Below, piece after piece: positions 1 to 9,016 of a DNA stretch of 64,000 nucleotides; position 1 is the stretch's first letter, and the number at the start of each line of letters is the position of its first letter. Source of the DNA: an uncultured Clostridia bacterium (GTDB lineage Bacteria > Bacillota > Clostridia > Christensenellales > CAAEEZ01); the NCBI GenBank assembly GCA_934365195.1, contig CAKRNA010000008.1, positions 3,995 through 67,994 of the forward strand, written 5' to 3'. Below the pieces are notes generated by a model. The model saw nothing but the letters and a program-made list of their open reading frames with translations. It did not search any database and was not told where the DNA came from. Both the position numbers and the translations under genes were made by a program.

Positions 1-93
1 GACGACCAAGCAATCGTCCGTCGCAACTACACCAAAGAGCAACTTGCCGAGATGTTCCCGGAAATCGACAATTTCGACAATTTGGAATTTTAG
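1..93 (+). CDS. 3' end of an ORF that starts upstream of the window (ends ...EIDNFDNLEF*)
   Basis: Frame 1 is open from base 1 to TAG at 91-93. No recognisable motif. Confidence 0.4.
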   Translation, partial: DDQAIVRRNYTKEQLAEMFPEIDNFDNLEF

Positions 94-125
94 GAGGGCG
101 TAGCAAAAGCAATGGCGTTAAGTTG

Positions 126-219
126 GGGCTAGCAACGTAGCCAACAAGCAGCGTTGACAACCGGGGTTAAACAACGTGGTTAAAAATCTGGGCGCATTGC
201 TGCGTTAAATATCGAGGTC
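126..219 (+). repeat. Copy 1 of the conserved intergenic module (GGGCTAGCAACG leader plus 64-bp core GACAACCGGGGTTAAACAACGTGGTTAAAAATCTGGGCGCATTGCTGCGTTAAAxATCGAGGTC)
   Basis: The core at 156-219 is near-identical to 7033-7096 and 8266-8329. It lies directly upstream of the RBS of the 237 CDS. Confidence 0.85.
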
Positions 220-236
220 AAAAATAAGGAGGTAAT

Positions 237-713
237 ATGACACAAAAGAAAAACAAAAAGAAACACCTATCACTACTACAAACGCTTTTTCAACGAGCCA
301 AAAACAATAACATAGTAAATCCTATAATCGTCAATACAAAAAGACATAGAGATTCTCAAGGTAACCACCCGCACATCATTATTGAAGATATTGACGATAA
401 ACACATATCGGTAGGCTTATCAACTCATTCAAAAAAAGGAAAGAGTAAAAAAGCCGGTAATAATTATTCTTTAGATATCAATCCGCTATCACACGATACA
501 AGACACTCTTATATGCGTAGACAAGGTACGGTTGATAAAAAAAGAAATTATTTTCAATCAGAACTAGGAGTAATGTCTGAAAAAGATTATAAACAAGCAA
601 AACACTATGCGGACAATGCAAAAGTTAAATACCTAAATACAAATAAAAATAAAAAAAATAGTAACACAAGTCCAAAAACTCACACGAGTAATAAGACGGA
701 CTCAAATAACTAA
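237..713 (+). CDS. Lysine-rich basic protein, unknown function (distant paralog of 8373-8903)
   Basis: RBS AAGGAGG 7 nt upstream. K-rich N and C termini. The central HPHIIIEDIDDKHISVGLSTH core is reminiscent of the HHFALYKENGRIRAVRLTH core in 8373-8903. Confidence 0.6.
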   Translation: MTQKKNKKKHLSLLQTLFQRAKNNNIVNPIIVNTKRHRDSQGNHPHIIIEDIDDKHISVGLSTHSKKGKSKKAGNNYSLDINPLSHDTRHSYMRRQGTVDKKRNYFQSELGVMSEKDYKQAKHYADNAKVKYLNTNKNKKNSNTSPKTHTSNKTDSNN

Positions 714-841
714 GTCGGCGTTACTATCTATAAATAAAATATCAAATAATATCTACCGTTGTCAACTATTTAATTAAAAAATCTACGAATAGAAGACCTA
801 AAAAGAAAAATTGCTGGCGAGCAAAAACGCTGGAGGTAAAT

Positions 842-1045
842 ATGAAAATTCGTATTATGGGAACACCCGAAGAATTGAAAAGCGCTGAAACTTACTACAA
901 AGCGCTACGTAAACAGGATTACGTCAATTACGTAGAGATATCTAAGCCGTATCCAAACAGAAACGGCAGTCAATTAAGCAGACTTTACGTAGAAGTAATT
1001 TGCAAAGATTGTACACCTAATTCGCTTTTAATAAAGAGCGAATAA
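842..1045 (+). CDS. Small protein resembling the DUF3970-type family of Firmicute phages/plasmids (from memory)
   Basis: RBS GGAGG. The pattern MKIRIMGTPEEL...SKPYPNRNGSQLSRLYVEV matches the recalled family pattern xRLxGTxEE...S.PY.NRG.S...RVYxxV. Confidence 0.5.
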   Translation: MKIRIMGTPEELKSAETYYKALRKQDYVNYVEISKPYPNRNGSQLSRLYVEVICKDCTPNSLLIKSE

Positions 1046-1058
1046 AGGAGGTATTGAA

Positions 1059-1184
1059 ATGCTGACGATAATTCTTTTGCTTTTGCTAAGCGTAAACAAA
1101 AAAGACGAAATAAAAACGTACGGACACCGTGCGGACGACATTGATTTTCTACGAGGTGCTTATGGAAAGAATACTACTAGATAA
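1059..1184 (+). CDS. Possible 41-aa peptide with hydrophobic N-terminus (MLTIILLLLLSVNKK...)
   Basis: Very good RBS AAAGGAGGT 7 nt upstream of the ATG. It is below the ORF-track size cutoff and overlaps the next ORF out of frame. Confidence 0.3.
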   Translation: MLTIILLLLLSVNKKDEIKTYGHRADDIDFLRGAYGKNTTR

Positions 1185-1422
1185 AGTGGACTACTCTAAA
1201 GTAGTGAATTTACCGGAGTTTGAAGTGCTCGAGCCTACCTTTTACGCTCACGTAGAGTACAGCGCTCCGTTTAATATCTACTATGCAACGATTACGTTTG
1301 AGAACAACACCGAAAACAGCGGCGCTTTTCCTACGTTAAACAACAAAAAAGAGGCGCTGGACAAAGTTATTGCGTTCCTTAAAAACGAACGCTCTGAATA
1401 CGACAGAGGTTTATATGACTAA
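1162..1422 (+). CDS. Hypothetical protein (start moved to MERILLDK)
   Basis: ORF 1129-1422. The internal ATG at 1162 is preceded by GAGGTG. Confidence 0.5.
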   Translation: MERILLDKVDYSKVVNLPEFEVLEPTFYAHVEYSAPFNIYYATITFENNTENSGAFPTLNNKKEALDKVIAFLKNERSEYDRGLYD

Positions 1423-1609
1423 ACAAGATTTAATCAATACGAAATTTGAAATTGAAGAAAACTGCAAGGGCGCTTGTGCCGATTGCAACGTTAAAAGAAA
1501 ATGCGAGCGAGTGTATCAACGCTACAATCTATCTTTTTACAGCGCAAATGATATTAAAACGAACTTTGCACTTAACACAATAGACGAGGTGGGAAATGAA
1601 AGAAATTAA
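1415..1609 (+). CDS. Small Cys-rich protein (CKGACADCNVKRKC), unknown function
   Basis: ORF 1370-1609. The likely start is MTKQDL at 1415, after AGAGG. It overlaps the previous stop. Confidence 0.5.
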   Translation: MTKQDLINTKFEIEENCKGACADCNVKRKCERVYQRYNLSFYSANDIKTNFALNTIDEVGNERN

Positions 1610-1775
1610 AACTCACCTATATGAAATAACTAAAAAAGAGATAAAAGAACTTGACGAAGAAACTCAAGTATTAGTTTTTAACGCCTTTGATATTAAGTAT
1701 TACATTGAAAAACCTAGCAAGGCGCTTCTATACTCTGCTTCTTCCTGTTACTTTTTCCTTTTTGATAAAGAATAG
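1596..1775 (+). CDS. 59-aa hypothetical protein (MKEIKTHLYEITKKEIKELDEE...)
   Basis: ATG at 1596 preceded by GAGGTGGGA. It fills the gap to the next gene and is just under the ORF-track cutoff. Confidence 0.45.
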   Translation: MKEIKTHLYEITKKEIKELDEETQVLVFNAFDIKYYIEKPSKALLYSASSCYFFLFDKE

Positions 1776-1791
1776 CCAAAGGAGGTAAATT

Positions 1792-2181
1792 ATGGCAACA
1801 AAAAAACCGAGCAAACCAAAAGCAAAGCCACAAAAGGCTAAAAAGACAACTGCTAACCCACGGAATCCATACATACAAAACGATACTTTTTGGCGTGGGA
1901 TATTCCATTTTTTCGGCAACAAAAAAAGAACCGGCAAATATGGTTCTTCAAAGTTTGGAAAAAAATACACAGTCAACGCAACGACGCATTTGTCCAGGGA
2001 TAATGAAATAATCACCGCTACCGTTTACAATGCTAACGGCAAATTAGTTTCAACGCATAGCGGGACAGATTTAGTAGACGCTGTAAAACCCGCTCTTACT
2101 AAGGCAGGGCTTAAAGTTAAACCCTACAACCCATTTTATACTGAAAGAAAAAGGAGGAAGAAAAATGGCAAATCAAACTAG
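1792..2181 (+). CDS. Basic protein with K/P-rich N-terminus and KRRKK C-terminus, unknown function (possible nucleic-acid binder)
   Basis: RBS AAAGGAGGT. Composition only. Confidence 0.6.
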   Translation: MATKKPSKPKAKPQKAKKTTANPRNPYIQNDTFWRGIFHFFGNKKRTGKYGSSKFGKKYTVNATTHLSRDNEIITATVYNANGKLVSTHSGTDLVDAVKPALTKAGLKVKPYNPFYTERKRRKKNGKSN

Positions 2182-2950
2182 AAAAAACACTAAAGCAAGA
2201 ACTAGCGCTCCAACAGTGCAAAGGATATCAAAAGAAGAATTTAATAAACTACGTAAGCGTAGTATTCGCAATAAATTTATTGCCGGTATATGCACGTTTG
2301 TTTTAGGCGTTGGTGCCGGCGCAGGCGCATACTTCGGCATTAAATCCGCCGTGGATAAGAAAAACCCCGGCACGACTCCTCCACCTATACAGCAAGAGCA
2401 AGAAGTAACTAATAAAAACGTTCATTATTCTAGCACGAACGATATTATAGGCGAGGCTTCACAAACATATACCGACGAATATATTAAGTTTTGGAAAAAC
2501 TATGCACAAGAGTTTCACAAGGCGTATTTTGAGAAAGACGTCACGATAGAATTGCCTATAAATATTAGACTTTTCAAAGGCGTTAATCTCGGCGATGAAG
2601 AATATGTCGTGCCGATTGTTACCGAGTACGTGGGCACTATTAGTCTAGATAAGATAGTGGTTAGAGGTGCTTACCTTGATAATGAGTTATCTACAAGATT
2701 AAAAATAAGCGAAGAAGATATCGCTAAAATCTTCCCTGAAACCGCCGGGGCAAAAATACTTCAATGTATGGCATTAAACGGCGGTGAGCCGGAAGAGAAA
2801 GCGGGACTGGTATACAAGTTCGGTAACTACGTTTTATACGTTACTAACTTTAGAGAGTTGGACAAGTTACAAATCGAAATTGCTAGTTATAAAGACCAGT
2901 ACATTTCTAAAGAAATAACTGAGTTAGATTTCTCAGTAACGATAGCGTAA
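2165..2950 (+). CDS. Single-pass (N-in) membrane protein with basic cytoplasmic tail, (GA)n-containing TM and external domain
   Basis: TM segment FIAGICTFVLGVGAGAGAYFGIKSAVDKKNPG. Paralogous N-terminus to the next gene. Confidence 0.65.
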   Translation: MANQTRKNTKARTSAPTVQRISKEEFNKLRKRSIRNKFIAGICTFVLGVGAGAGAYFGIKSAVDKKNPGTTPPPIQQEQEVTNKNVHYSSTNDIIGEASQTYTDEYIKFWKNYAQEFHKAYFEKDVTIELPINIRLFKGVNLGDEEYVVPIVTEYVGTISLDKIVVRGAYLDNELSTRLKISEEDIAKIFPETAGAKILQCMALNGGEPEEKAGLVYKFGNYVLYVTNFRELDKLQIEIASYKDQYISKEITELDFSVTIA

Positions 2951-2959
2951 AGGTTAATA

Positions 2960-3592
2960 ATGAAAAAAGTAAAAAACAGCAAAACGAAACCCGCAACGTC
3001 GAAAAAAGTGCCGCATAAAAGAGGTATAAAAATATTTATAACAATCCTATGCGTTTTTGTATTAGGTGCCGGCGCCGGCGCCGGTGCGTTCTACGGCATT
3101 AAATCCGCCTTAAACAAAAAAACTGAAACGTACGTTGTAAATAATTTAAGAGTTAGTAAAGAAAACGCTATGAATTATTATGGAGTTACCTATATAGATA
3201 CTAACAATATGTACCCCGTTCCGTTTAATATCAATTTAACTTGTATAGATAAAACTAGAGGCGTTGTTACTAACGTCGTATTTGAAAATAGTATTGCTTT
3301 TACAATATATGAGGCTGACGGCGGATTTGTTGCTATTAACCTTAAAAAACTATTTAAAGAGAACAATATTGAACTTCCTACAAGGAGCGTAGGGGAAACG
3401 ATACATAAGTGGTGGAACTTAAAAGAACAGTATCTAGACGGGCACTTTTTCTACTTTTATGACGGAGGAGGATATAATATCTTCTCGGATAGTTTTTTTA
3501 AAGAAATAGAATTTACTGCTGACTTTGCTCTTTTAATCTATTCTATTTATTTAGGAAAAGCAAAAGATATGAATTTTACTATTTTAATTTAA
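2960..3592 (+). CDS. Single-pass membrane protein, N-terminal paralog of 2165-2950
   Basis: TM segment IFITILCVFVLGAGAGAGAFYGIKSALNKKTE, the same motif as the upstream gene. Confidence 0.65.
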   Translation: MKKVKNSKTKPATSKKVPHKRGIKIFITILCVFVLGAGAGAGAFYGIKSALNKKTETYVVNNLRVSKENAMNYYGVTYIDTNNMYPVPFNINLTCIDKTRGVVTNVVFENSIAFTIYEADGGFVAINLKKLFKENNIELPTRSVGETIHKWWNLKEQYLDGHFFYFYDGGGYNIFSDSFFKEIEFTADFALLIYSIYLGKAKDMNFTILI

Positions 3593-3605
3593 AAGGAGGA
3601 ATAAT

Positions 3606-4853
3606 ATGAAAAAAAGTACATATAAAACCGCCACTATAATAACAGTAATACTTTGCTTGTTCACGCTAGGTTTAGCGTGGACAAGTGACTGGTTTACTAA
3701 CTGGAATACGGCGGAATGGACGAAAAAGTGGGAGCAACTGTTCGGCAACGAACAATCTAAGCCTAACCCTACCCCACCGGGCGACGATACGCCTACTAAC
3801 CCGGGCACTCCTAAACCGCCCGTTGATAATGACGTTGTCGCTATATCGGGTAAAGGCGATAATATGCTAGCAGGCAAAACGTACGATATGGACAACTTTG
3901 CTTATGTTTGTTCTGAAAACTCTGTTAACAAAACAATAACGTTAAATGCTACAGTTGAACCCGAGAACGCTACAGATAAAAACAATATACGCTGGAAAGT
4001 CGAATGGGTAAATCCTAACGTAGGATTTGCAAACGGCAAAAAAGTAACCGATTATATCACTATCAAGCAAGATACCACTAATCCGGCAATATGCAAAGTT
4101 AGTTATCAACAAGATTTTGGAAGCAAAATTAAAGTAGTTGCTTATATATATACTAATCCTACCGTTAATGCCGAATGCACGGTCGATTGTGTCCAAAAAT
4201 TCATACATTTTAACGCCGACGGAGCAGTTCCTTTATTCGCTGATTTTAACGGAAATACTTTTCCTAAAAACGATACCGGTAGTAACGGTTATAATATATT
4301 TTTGGCAGCATATTTAATGTCTGTATATAATTTTGAAGATTATACTCCCGGGAAAGGTGGAATAAATGTTAATCCTGATGATTATAAAAATAAAAAAATA
4401 GGCTTCTTCTATAATCAATCAATAGGTACTATTTCAAACGATATAACTTCTGCTGAAATTACCTATGCGTTAACTCCTGAATTTAAACAGTTTATAGATA
4501 GCCAAGGTTGGACTTCGGAAGTATCTACATATACCATTTCGTTGAACACAAAATCTAACGATATTATCTACAATTATCCTGAGGGTAATATCTCGTATAA
4601 AACTATTTCTACAGAGAATACATACGTTACTATGAACGATATCTATAAAAAGTTTTTTAACGTTACTTCTAATAATGATTTAAAAGCAGTCTATGATTGG
4701 ATGAAAACGGAAGGCAATAAGGCTTTTACTGAAACGATTGTTTTTCACAATAATTTTGAAGATATAACTTTTAGTGATGTGATTAACCTTGATATTTATG
4801 TAGATATCCCAGCAACTAACATAAACATTGACCAAGGCAACATTAAAGTATGA
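3606..4853 (+). CDS. Membrane-anchored protein with Pro/Thr-rich linker and Ig-like-looking external domain(s)
   Basis: RBS AAGGAGGA. N-terminal TM followed by PNPTPPGDDTPTNPGTPKPP. The rest is unknown. Confidence 0.65.
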   Translation: MKKSTYKTATIITVILCLFTLGLAWTSDWFTNWNTAEWTKKWEQLFGNEQSKPNPTPPGDDTPTNPGTPKPPVDNDVVAISGKGDNMLAGKTYDMDNFAYVCSENSVNKTITLNATVEPENATDKNNIRWKVEWVNPNVGFANGKKVTDYITIKQDTTNPAICKVSYQQDFGSKIKVVAYIYTNPTVNAECTVDCVQKFIHFNADGAVPLFADFNGNTFPKNDTGSNGYNIFLAAYLMSVYNFEDYTPGKGGINVNPDDYKNKKIGFFYNQSIGTISNDITSAEITYALTPEFKQFIDSQGWTSEVSTYTISLNTKSNDIIYNYPEGNISYKTISTENTYVTMNDIYKKFFNVTSNNDLKAVYDWMKTEGNKAFTETIVFHNNFEDITFSDVINLDIYVDIPATNINIDQGNIKV

Positions 4854-4876
4854 TAACACTTATACTTCAATTCATA

Positions 4877-4963
4877 ATGCCTATTTTCATAGGTATTTTT
4901 GGAATTTTTACTGTTAGTTTACTTTACGTAGCAATACTTTTAGTTATTGCTAAATCAAAATGA
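4877..4963 (+). CDS. Possible 28-aa hydrophobic peptide MPIFIGIFGIFTVSLLYVAILLVIAKSK
   Basis: It fills the 4854-4972 gap as a single TM with a basic C-terminus. No convincing RBS. Confidence 0.25.
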   Translation: MPIFIGIFGIFTVSLLYVAILLVIAKSK

Positions 4964-4972
4964 GAGGTACTT

Positions 4973-6982
4973 ATGCAAAAGAAAAAACTATTAGTAGTAA
5001 TAACGTTGATATGCCTACTATCTACTATGTTAGTAGGCGCTACGTCTTTTGCGTTTGCTCAAGATAGTTTCGACACCTCTAACGTTATGGACGACCTGTC
5101 CACCGCTGACGGATTCAATCTTTTAGAATATCGTCCCGACAACCAAGGCGAATTAACGTTATGTAATTTTGTCGAGTATGGTTTTAATTATAAGCAAGAT
5201 AATTCCAACAATTATGGACTATATTTTTACGTGTACAATCCACGACTTATAGATTTTGACACTAAAACTAATCGTAATACAGTTTCGTTAGCAGTAACTA
5301 ACAATGGAATAACTAGCGAGTACAAAACCTACGAATTACAATTCTTAAGCAAATCGACGAAAAAAGATGATAACCAACTATATACAGATAACCTTTTTTA
5401 CAAATTTAAGGTAAAAAATGCAGAAGAAATATTAAAACTTGTAGACAAAAACGCCAGGATTTATAATATCGCTTCTATTGAATTGTTAACTAAAGGCTCT
5501 ACAACGTTGAAAGATTATCAAACCGGAGGAGTATATACTGTAACTGGTTATGCTAAAGGGCTAGGTAATGGCAATACAACTTCGTCTTTACATCAAACTA
5601 TTAGCGAACTTTTAACAATGGAACTTGAATGTCACACTACTTTTTTTAGAACGAATACGTCACCAAAAGGACGTTTTTACCAAAATCAAATAACAAGTAT
5701 GTACTTTGCTATACCAAACAAAATATTAGATACTTATGGCGGTGTTAATAAAATATACGCCCAAACGTATAAACAACGCAGCGCTCCGTTTATAGTAACT
5801 AAAGACAAAACCTTTTATAATAAATTAAAAAATTATCTAGGAGTTACTATGCCGATAGGAGGAGATAAAGACGTGGACGAATATTTAACGTCTTATTATA
5901 AAGAAGCAGTTGGAGGTACATACGTTTACGAATGGGGCTGGAATAACGGCAGGCTATGGGGAAGTGGTGAACCAACAAGTATTCCTCTACAAATAAAAAA
6001 TCGTCTAAGTTATCTTACCGGCGTTTTTTATACCGATAGTCCAGATATGTACGTGCCAGGTAAAGAAGTTATGAAAGAAATTTTTAACTACTCTGCTAGT
6101 TATAATAATGGCGAATGTTTTAATGGAGTGTCTAACGATTTACATAGTTCAACTTTAACTAAAGACCAAATGTATAAAAAATACATCGTCAGCGCCAACG
6201 ATAAAACCAACTTGTTAGACTATAACAGTACTCACAGTTGGTGGGACAAGTTAAACGATTATGGTTTAATCAATATTGGAACGCCAACAAACGAGGAATT
6301 TAAAAACGTAGAAGGTATTAGAACGGTATCTACTAAAGATATTATTAAAAACGTTACTGAACTATCAAAAAATCTTTTAGTTGCAGAGTGCGACGTAAAC
6401 AATTTATCCTCTTTTGTTATAAAAAATGAATTAGGTAATAAGACCACATATTTAATGCGTTTTGATTTCGACGACTACTATTCAATTCCTATGACTCACA
6501 AATATGAGGCAGGCAACGTATACGGCGCCGGAACGGCAGATACGTACCTATATCAAGAACCGCTCTTTTACGACTTACAAATTATCGAAGTTCAATTCTA
6601 CCGTGACGGCAAATACACTAATATCCCTGTAGTTTCCGACCCGACAAACTATGCCGGTGGTGGCACTAAACCTATAAATCCTAAATCGCTTTTAGAACTA
6701 ATTATTGATTGGTTAAAAAGAAACTGGAAATGGATATTACTAGCATTTATATGCTTGCTACTACTTCCGGTATTGCCTAACGTTATAGTTTTCGTGTTCA
6801 AAGTAGCCTTTGCGCTGATTAAATTACCTTTTATTTTAATTAGCAAAACGTTCTATGCGTTTAAAGAAAAGGCGGTTAAACGAGAACAGCAGCAAAACAT
6901 AAACGCCTTACAGTCTATTCAAGAACTGGAACGCTACGAGGAACGTCAAGCCCGGCGTGAAAGTATAATTAAGAAAAAATAA
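4973..6982 (+). CDS. Secreted 669-aa protein with cleavable-type signal peptide and C-terminal TM anchor plus charged coiled tail (the topology of a filamentous-phage g3p-type adsorption protein or an adhesin)
   Basis: The N-terminus MQKKKLLVVITLICLL...SFAFAQD and the C-terminal WKWILLAFICLLLLPVLPNVIVFVF. A hairpin CCCGGAC-N7-GTCCGGG lies just downstream. Confidence 0.7.
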   Translation: MQKKKLLVVITLICLLSTMLVGATSFAFAQDSFDTSNVMDDLSTADGFNLLEYRPDNQGELTLCNFVEYGFNYKQDNSNNYGLYFYVYNPRLIDFDTKTNRNTVSLAVTNNGITSEYKTYELQFLSKSTKKDDNQLYTDNLFYKFKVKNAEEILKLVDKNARIYNIASIELLTKGSTTLKDYQTGGVYTVTGYAKGLGNGNTTSSLHQTISELLTMELECHTTFFRTNTSPKGRFYQNQITSMYFAIPNKILDTYGGVNKIYAQTYKQRSAPFIVTKDKTFYNKLKNYLGVTMPIGGDKDVDEYLTSYYKEAVGGTYVYEWGWNNGRLWGSGEPTSIPLQIKNRLSYLTGVFYTDSPDMYVPGKEVMKEIFNYSASYNNGECFNGVSNDLHSSTLTKDQMYKKYIVSANDKTNLLDYNSTHSWWDKLNDYGLINIGTPTNEEFKNVEGIRTVSTKDIIKNVTELSKNLLVAECDVNNLSSFVIKNELGNKTTYLMRFDFDDYYSIPMTHKYEAGNVYGAGTADTYLYQEPLFYDLQIIEVQFYRDGKYTNIPVVSDPTNYAGGGTKPINPKSLLELIIDWLKRNWKWILLAFICLLLLPVLPNVIVFVFKVAFALIKLPFILISKTFYAFKEKAVKREQQQNINALQSIQELERYEERQARRESIIKKK

Positions 6983-7015
6983 ATAACAAGTTGTTTCCCC
7001 GGACAGTTAACGTCC

Positions 7016-7160
7016 GGGCTAGCAACGGTATCGACAACCGGGGTTAAACAACGTGGTTAAAAATCTGGGCGCATTGCTGCGTTAAACATCGAGGTCAGCA
7101 TACGTAGTCAATCTACGTTGTCAAAAAACGAGGAATACTATGAAAAATAATACTAAAAAA
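7016..7160 (+). repeat. Copy 2 of the intergenic module, extended form: 64-bp core, ACGTAG-N5-CTACGT palindrome, RBS, ATG and the first 7 codons (MKNNTKK)
   Basis: 7081-7160 differs from 8314-8393 at only 2 positions. Confidence 0.9.
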
Positions 7161-8249
7161 ATAAATAAAAAAAAGAAACCACAAAACGTTTTTCTAATAA
7201 AAACGCTAATACTTTTGTCAGTTTTATTTATAGTTTTATCAACTACTCTGTTTGGTGTGCTATATGGACTGCGAAACTTGATTTTTAAGCCACAGCCTCT
7301 ACCCCCACCTGAAACTCCCGTTGAAACTATAAGTGATTTAAAAAAATGCTATTTAGGAAACAGAAATAATTACGTCGAAATGCCGGATAAGAGTATAAAA
7401 TTTGTTATTAACGTAGACGGCGATTATAGGGTTGTTAAAGGCAATTTACCGTATGACAAGACGATGAATAACGATTTTTTAGCCTATGATTTTAGCATTA
7501 TATATCCGGACTTAAAAGAGTGTACGTTATTACATTACAACGCTTTTGGTAATTATAACGTTCCAAATGGTTCGGTTCACTTTTTACCATATACCCAACC
7601 GAAAGAAGAAACTTACCAACTATTTTTAAACATAGAAAATAATGAAAGTACTGTTTATGAGGGTAACTACGAACCTAATGTTGAACTAATCTATTTTAAA
7701 AGCGATGAAAAATATATTGAAGAAGCAGTTAGAAACATACGTCCTATTATAAAACCTGAAGGGAGCGTTCCACCTGTTGAATATATCATTGAGCCTACCC
7801 GCTTTAATAATAGTTGGCACGAAAAAAATATAAACGAAGATTTTTTTATCCCCACAGAAGCAGATGAAGGCGGATATATTCGTTGCCACTTTTTTTACAA
7901 AGGTGAGCACGTATATACTACAATAGGAATGCCTTTTGCCGGGTGGCAAGGTACTAATTTAATTTTTCCACACCACTATAATATCGATAAACGTAAATTT
8001 TTGCCCGACGACGGTTTTGTTTTTAAGGGGAAATTAAGATATTGCACGAATATCGGATATAAATATTATACCTTTAATTTTGATAAACATAATGACCAAC
8101 CTTCTGCCGTTGGTGTATATCAATTAACTTATGAAGGAGTAATAGGCGACGACGGAACACCACGCTTACGTGTTAAACGTTTTTTTGGTCCGGAGTATAC
8201 AAAAATGGAAAACAATTCTTATTCGGATATATGCTTCTTCTATTTTTAA
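7140..8249 (+). CDS. Single-pass membrane protein (K-rich tail, TM, 300-aa external domain), unknown function
   Basis: MKNNTKKINKKKKPQNVFLIKTLILLSVLFIVL.... The start lies inside repeat copy 2. Confidence 0.65.
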   Translation: MKNNTKKINKKKKPQNVFLIKTLILLSVLFIVLSTTLFGVLYGLRNLIFKPQPLPPPETPVETISDLKKCYLGNRNNYVEMPDKSIKFVINVDGDYRVVKGNLPYDKTMNNDFLAYDFSIIYPDLKECTLLHYNAFGNYNVPNGSVHFLPYTQPKEETYQLFLNIENNESTVYEGNYEPNVELIYFKSDEKYIEEAVRNIRPIIKPEGSVPPVEYIIEPTRFNNSWHEKNINEDFFIPTEADEGGYIRCHFFYKGEHVYTTIGMPFAGWQGTNLIFPHHYNIDKRKFLPDDGFVFKGKLRYCTNIGYKYYTFNFDKHNDQPSAVGVYQLTYEGVIGDDGTPRLRVKRFFGPEYTKMENNSYSDICFFYF

Positions 8250-8258
8250 CACACGCAC

Positions 8259-8393
8259 CGGTATCGACAACCAGGGTTAAACAACGTGGTTATAAAGCAG
8301 GGCGCATTGCTGCGTTAAACATCGAGGTCTACATACGTAGTCAATCTACGTTGTCAAAAAACGAGGAATACTATGAAAAATAATACTAAAAAA
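8259..8393 (+). repeat. Copy 3 of the intergenic module, extended form including ATG and 7 codons
   Basis: See copy 2. The core is at 8266-8329. Confidence 0.9.
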
Positions 8394-8903
8394 CCAAATA
8401 ATAAAACATACAAAAAGAAAAACAGCAAAAATACCGGCAAACAACGAACTATAAATAATTCGTTGTTTCGTCGGTGGTTAGCAAGGTTACGAATACATAA
8501 GCCGGTTAAGGAAGCGACAAGGAATAATCTGTTTAAAAACGATAACGATATGTATTTTGCAACGATTAAAGACGGATATATTATCCCAAAATCCAAAAAC
8601 CGCAATATCCACCATTTTGCCTTATATAAGGAAAATGGACGAATACGTGCAGTACGTCTAACTCATTTATACGAACCTGACAAAGTAAAAAAACTTGAAA
8701 ATAACCGCTTAAAAGAATTAAAAATTCCTACTTTTAAGTATCCTAGTGGGTATTTAGACAGTTATAAAGATAAAACTATTAACAATAAAAATATAAACCC
8801 AATGGATTCCAAGCACATTACTTCAATAAAAGACAACGTTTTTACTGAAAAGCAAAAAAGAGAAATTAGAAAATTTGTAAAATATAAAGATAATTACAAA
8901 TAA
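8373..8903 (+). CDS. Lysine-rich basic protein, distant paralog of 237-713
   Basis: It has the same MKNNTKK start as 7140. The core is HHFALYKENGRIRAVRLTH. Confidence 0.6.
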   Translation: MKNNTKKPNNKTYKKKNSKNTGKQRTINNSLFRRWLARLRIHKPVKEATRNNLFKNDNDMYFATIKDGYIIPKSKNRNIHHFALYKENGRIRAVRLTHLYEPDKVKKLENNRLKELKIPTFKYPSGYLDSYKDKTINNKNINPMDSKHITSIKDNVFTEKQKREIRKFVKYKDNYK

Positions 8904-9016
8904 AAAAATAGCACCGCCACTTGTGTAAGCCCAAAGTCAGACACGGGGGTGCTAATAAAGGTTAAACCTTTTCTCCATTTTTATTATACACAATAAATAG
9001 GAGGAAAGTCAACAAA

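Noticed and set aside
1714-2015. Two minus-strand ORFs (64 and 95 aa) in the left element
   Set aside because: They are antisense to the well-supported 1596-1775 and 1792-2181 genes in an otherwise strictly co-directional cluster. They have no RBS.
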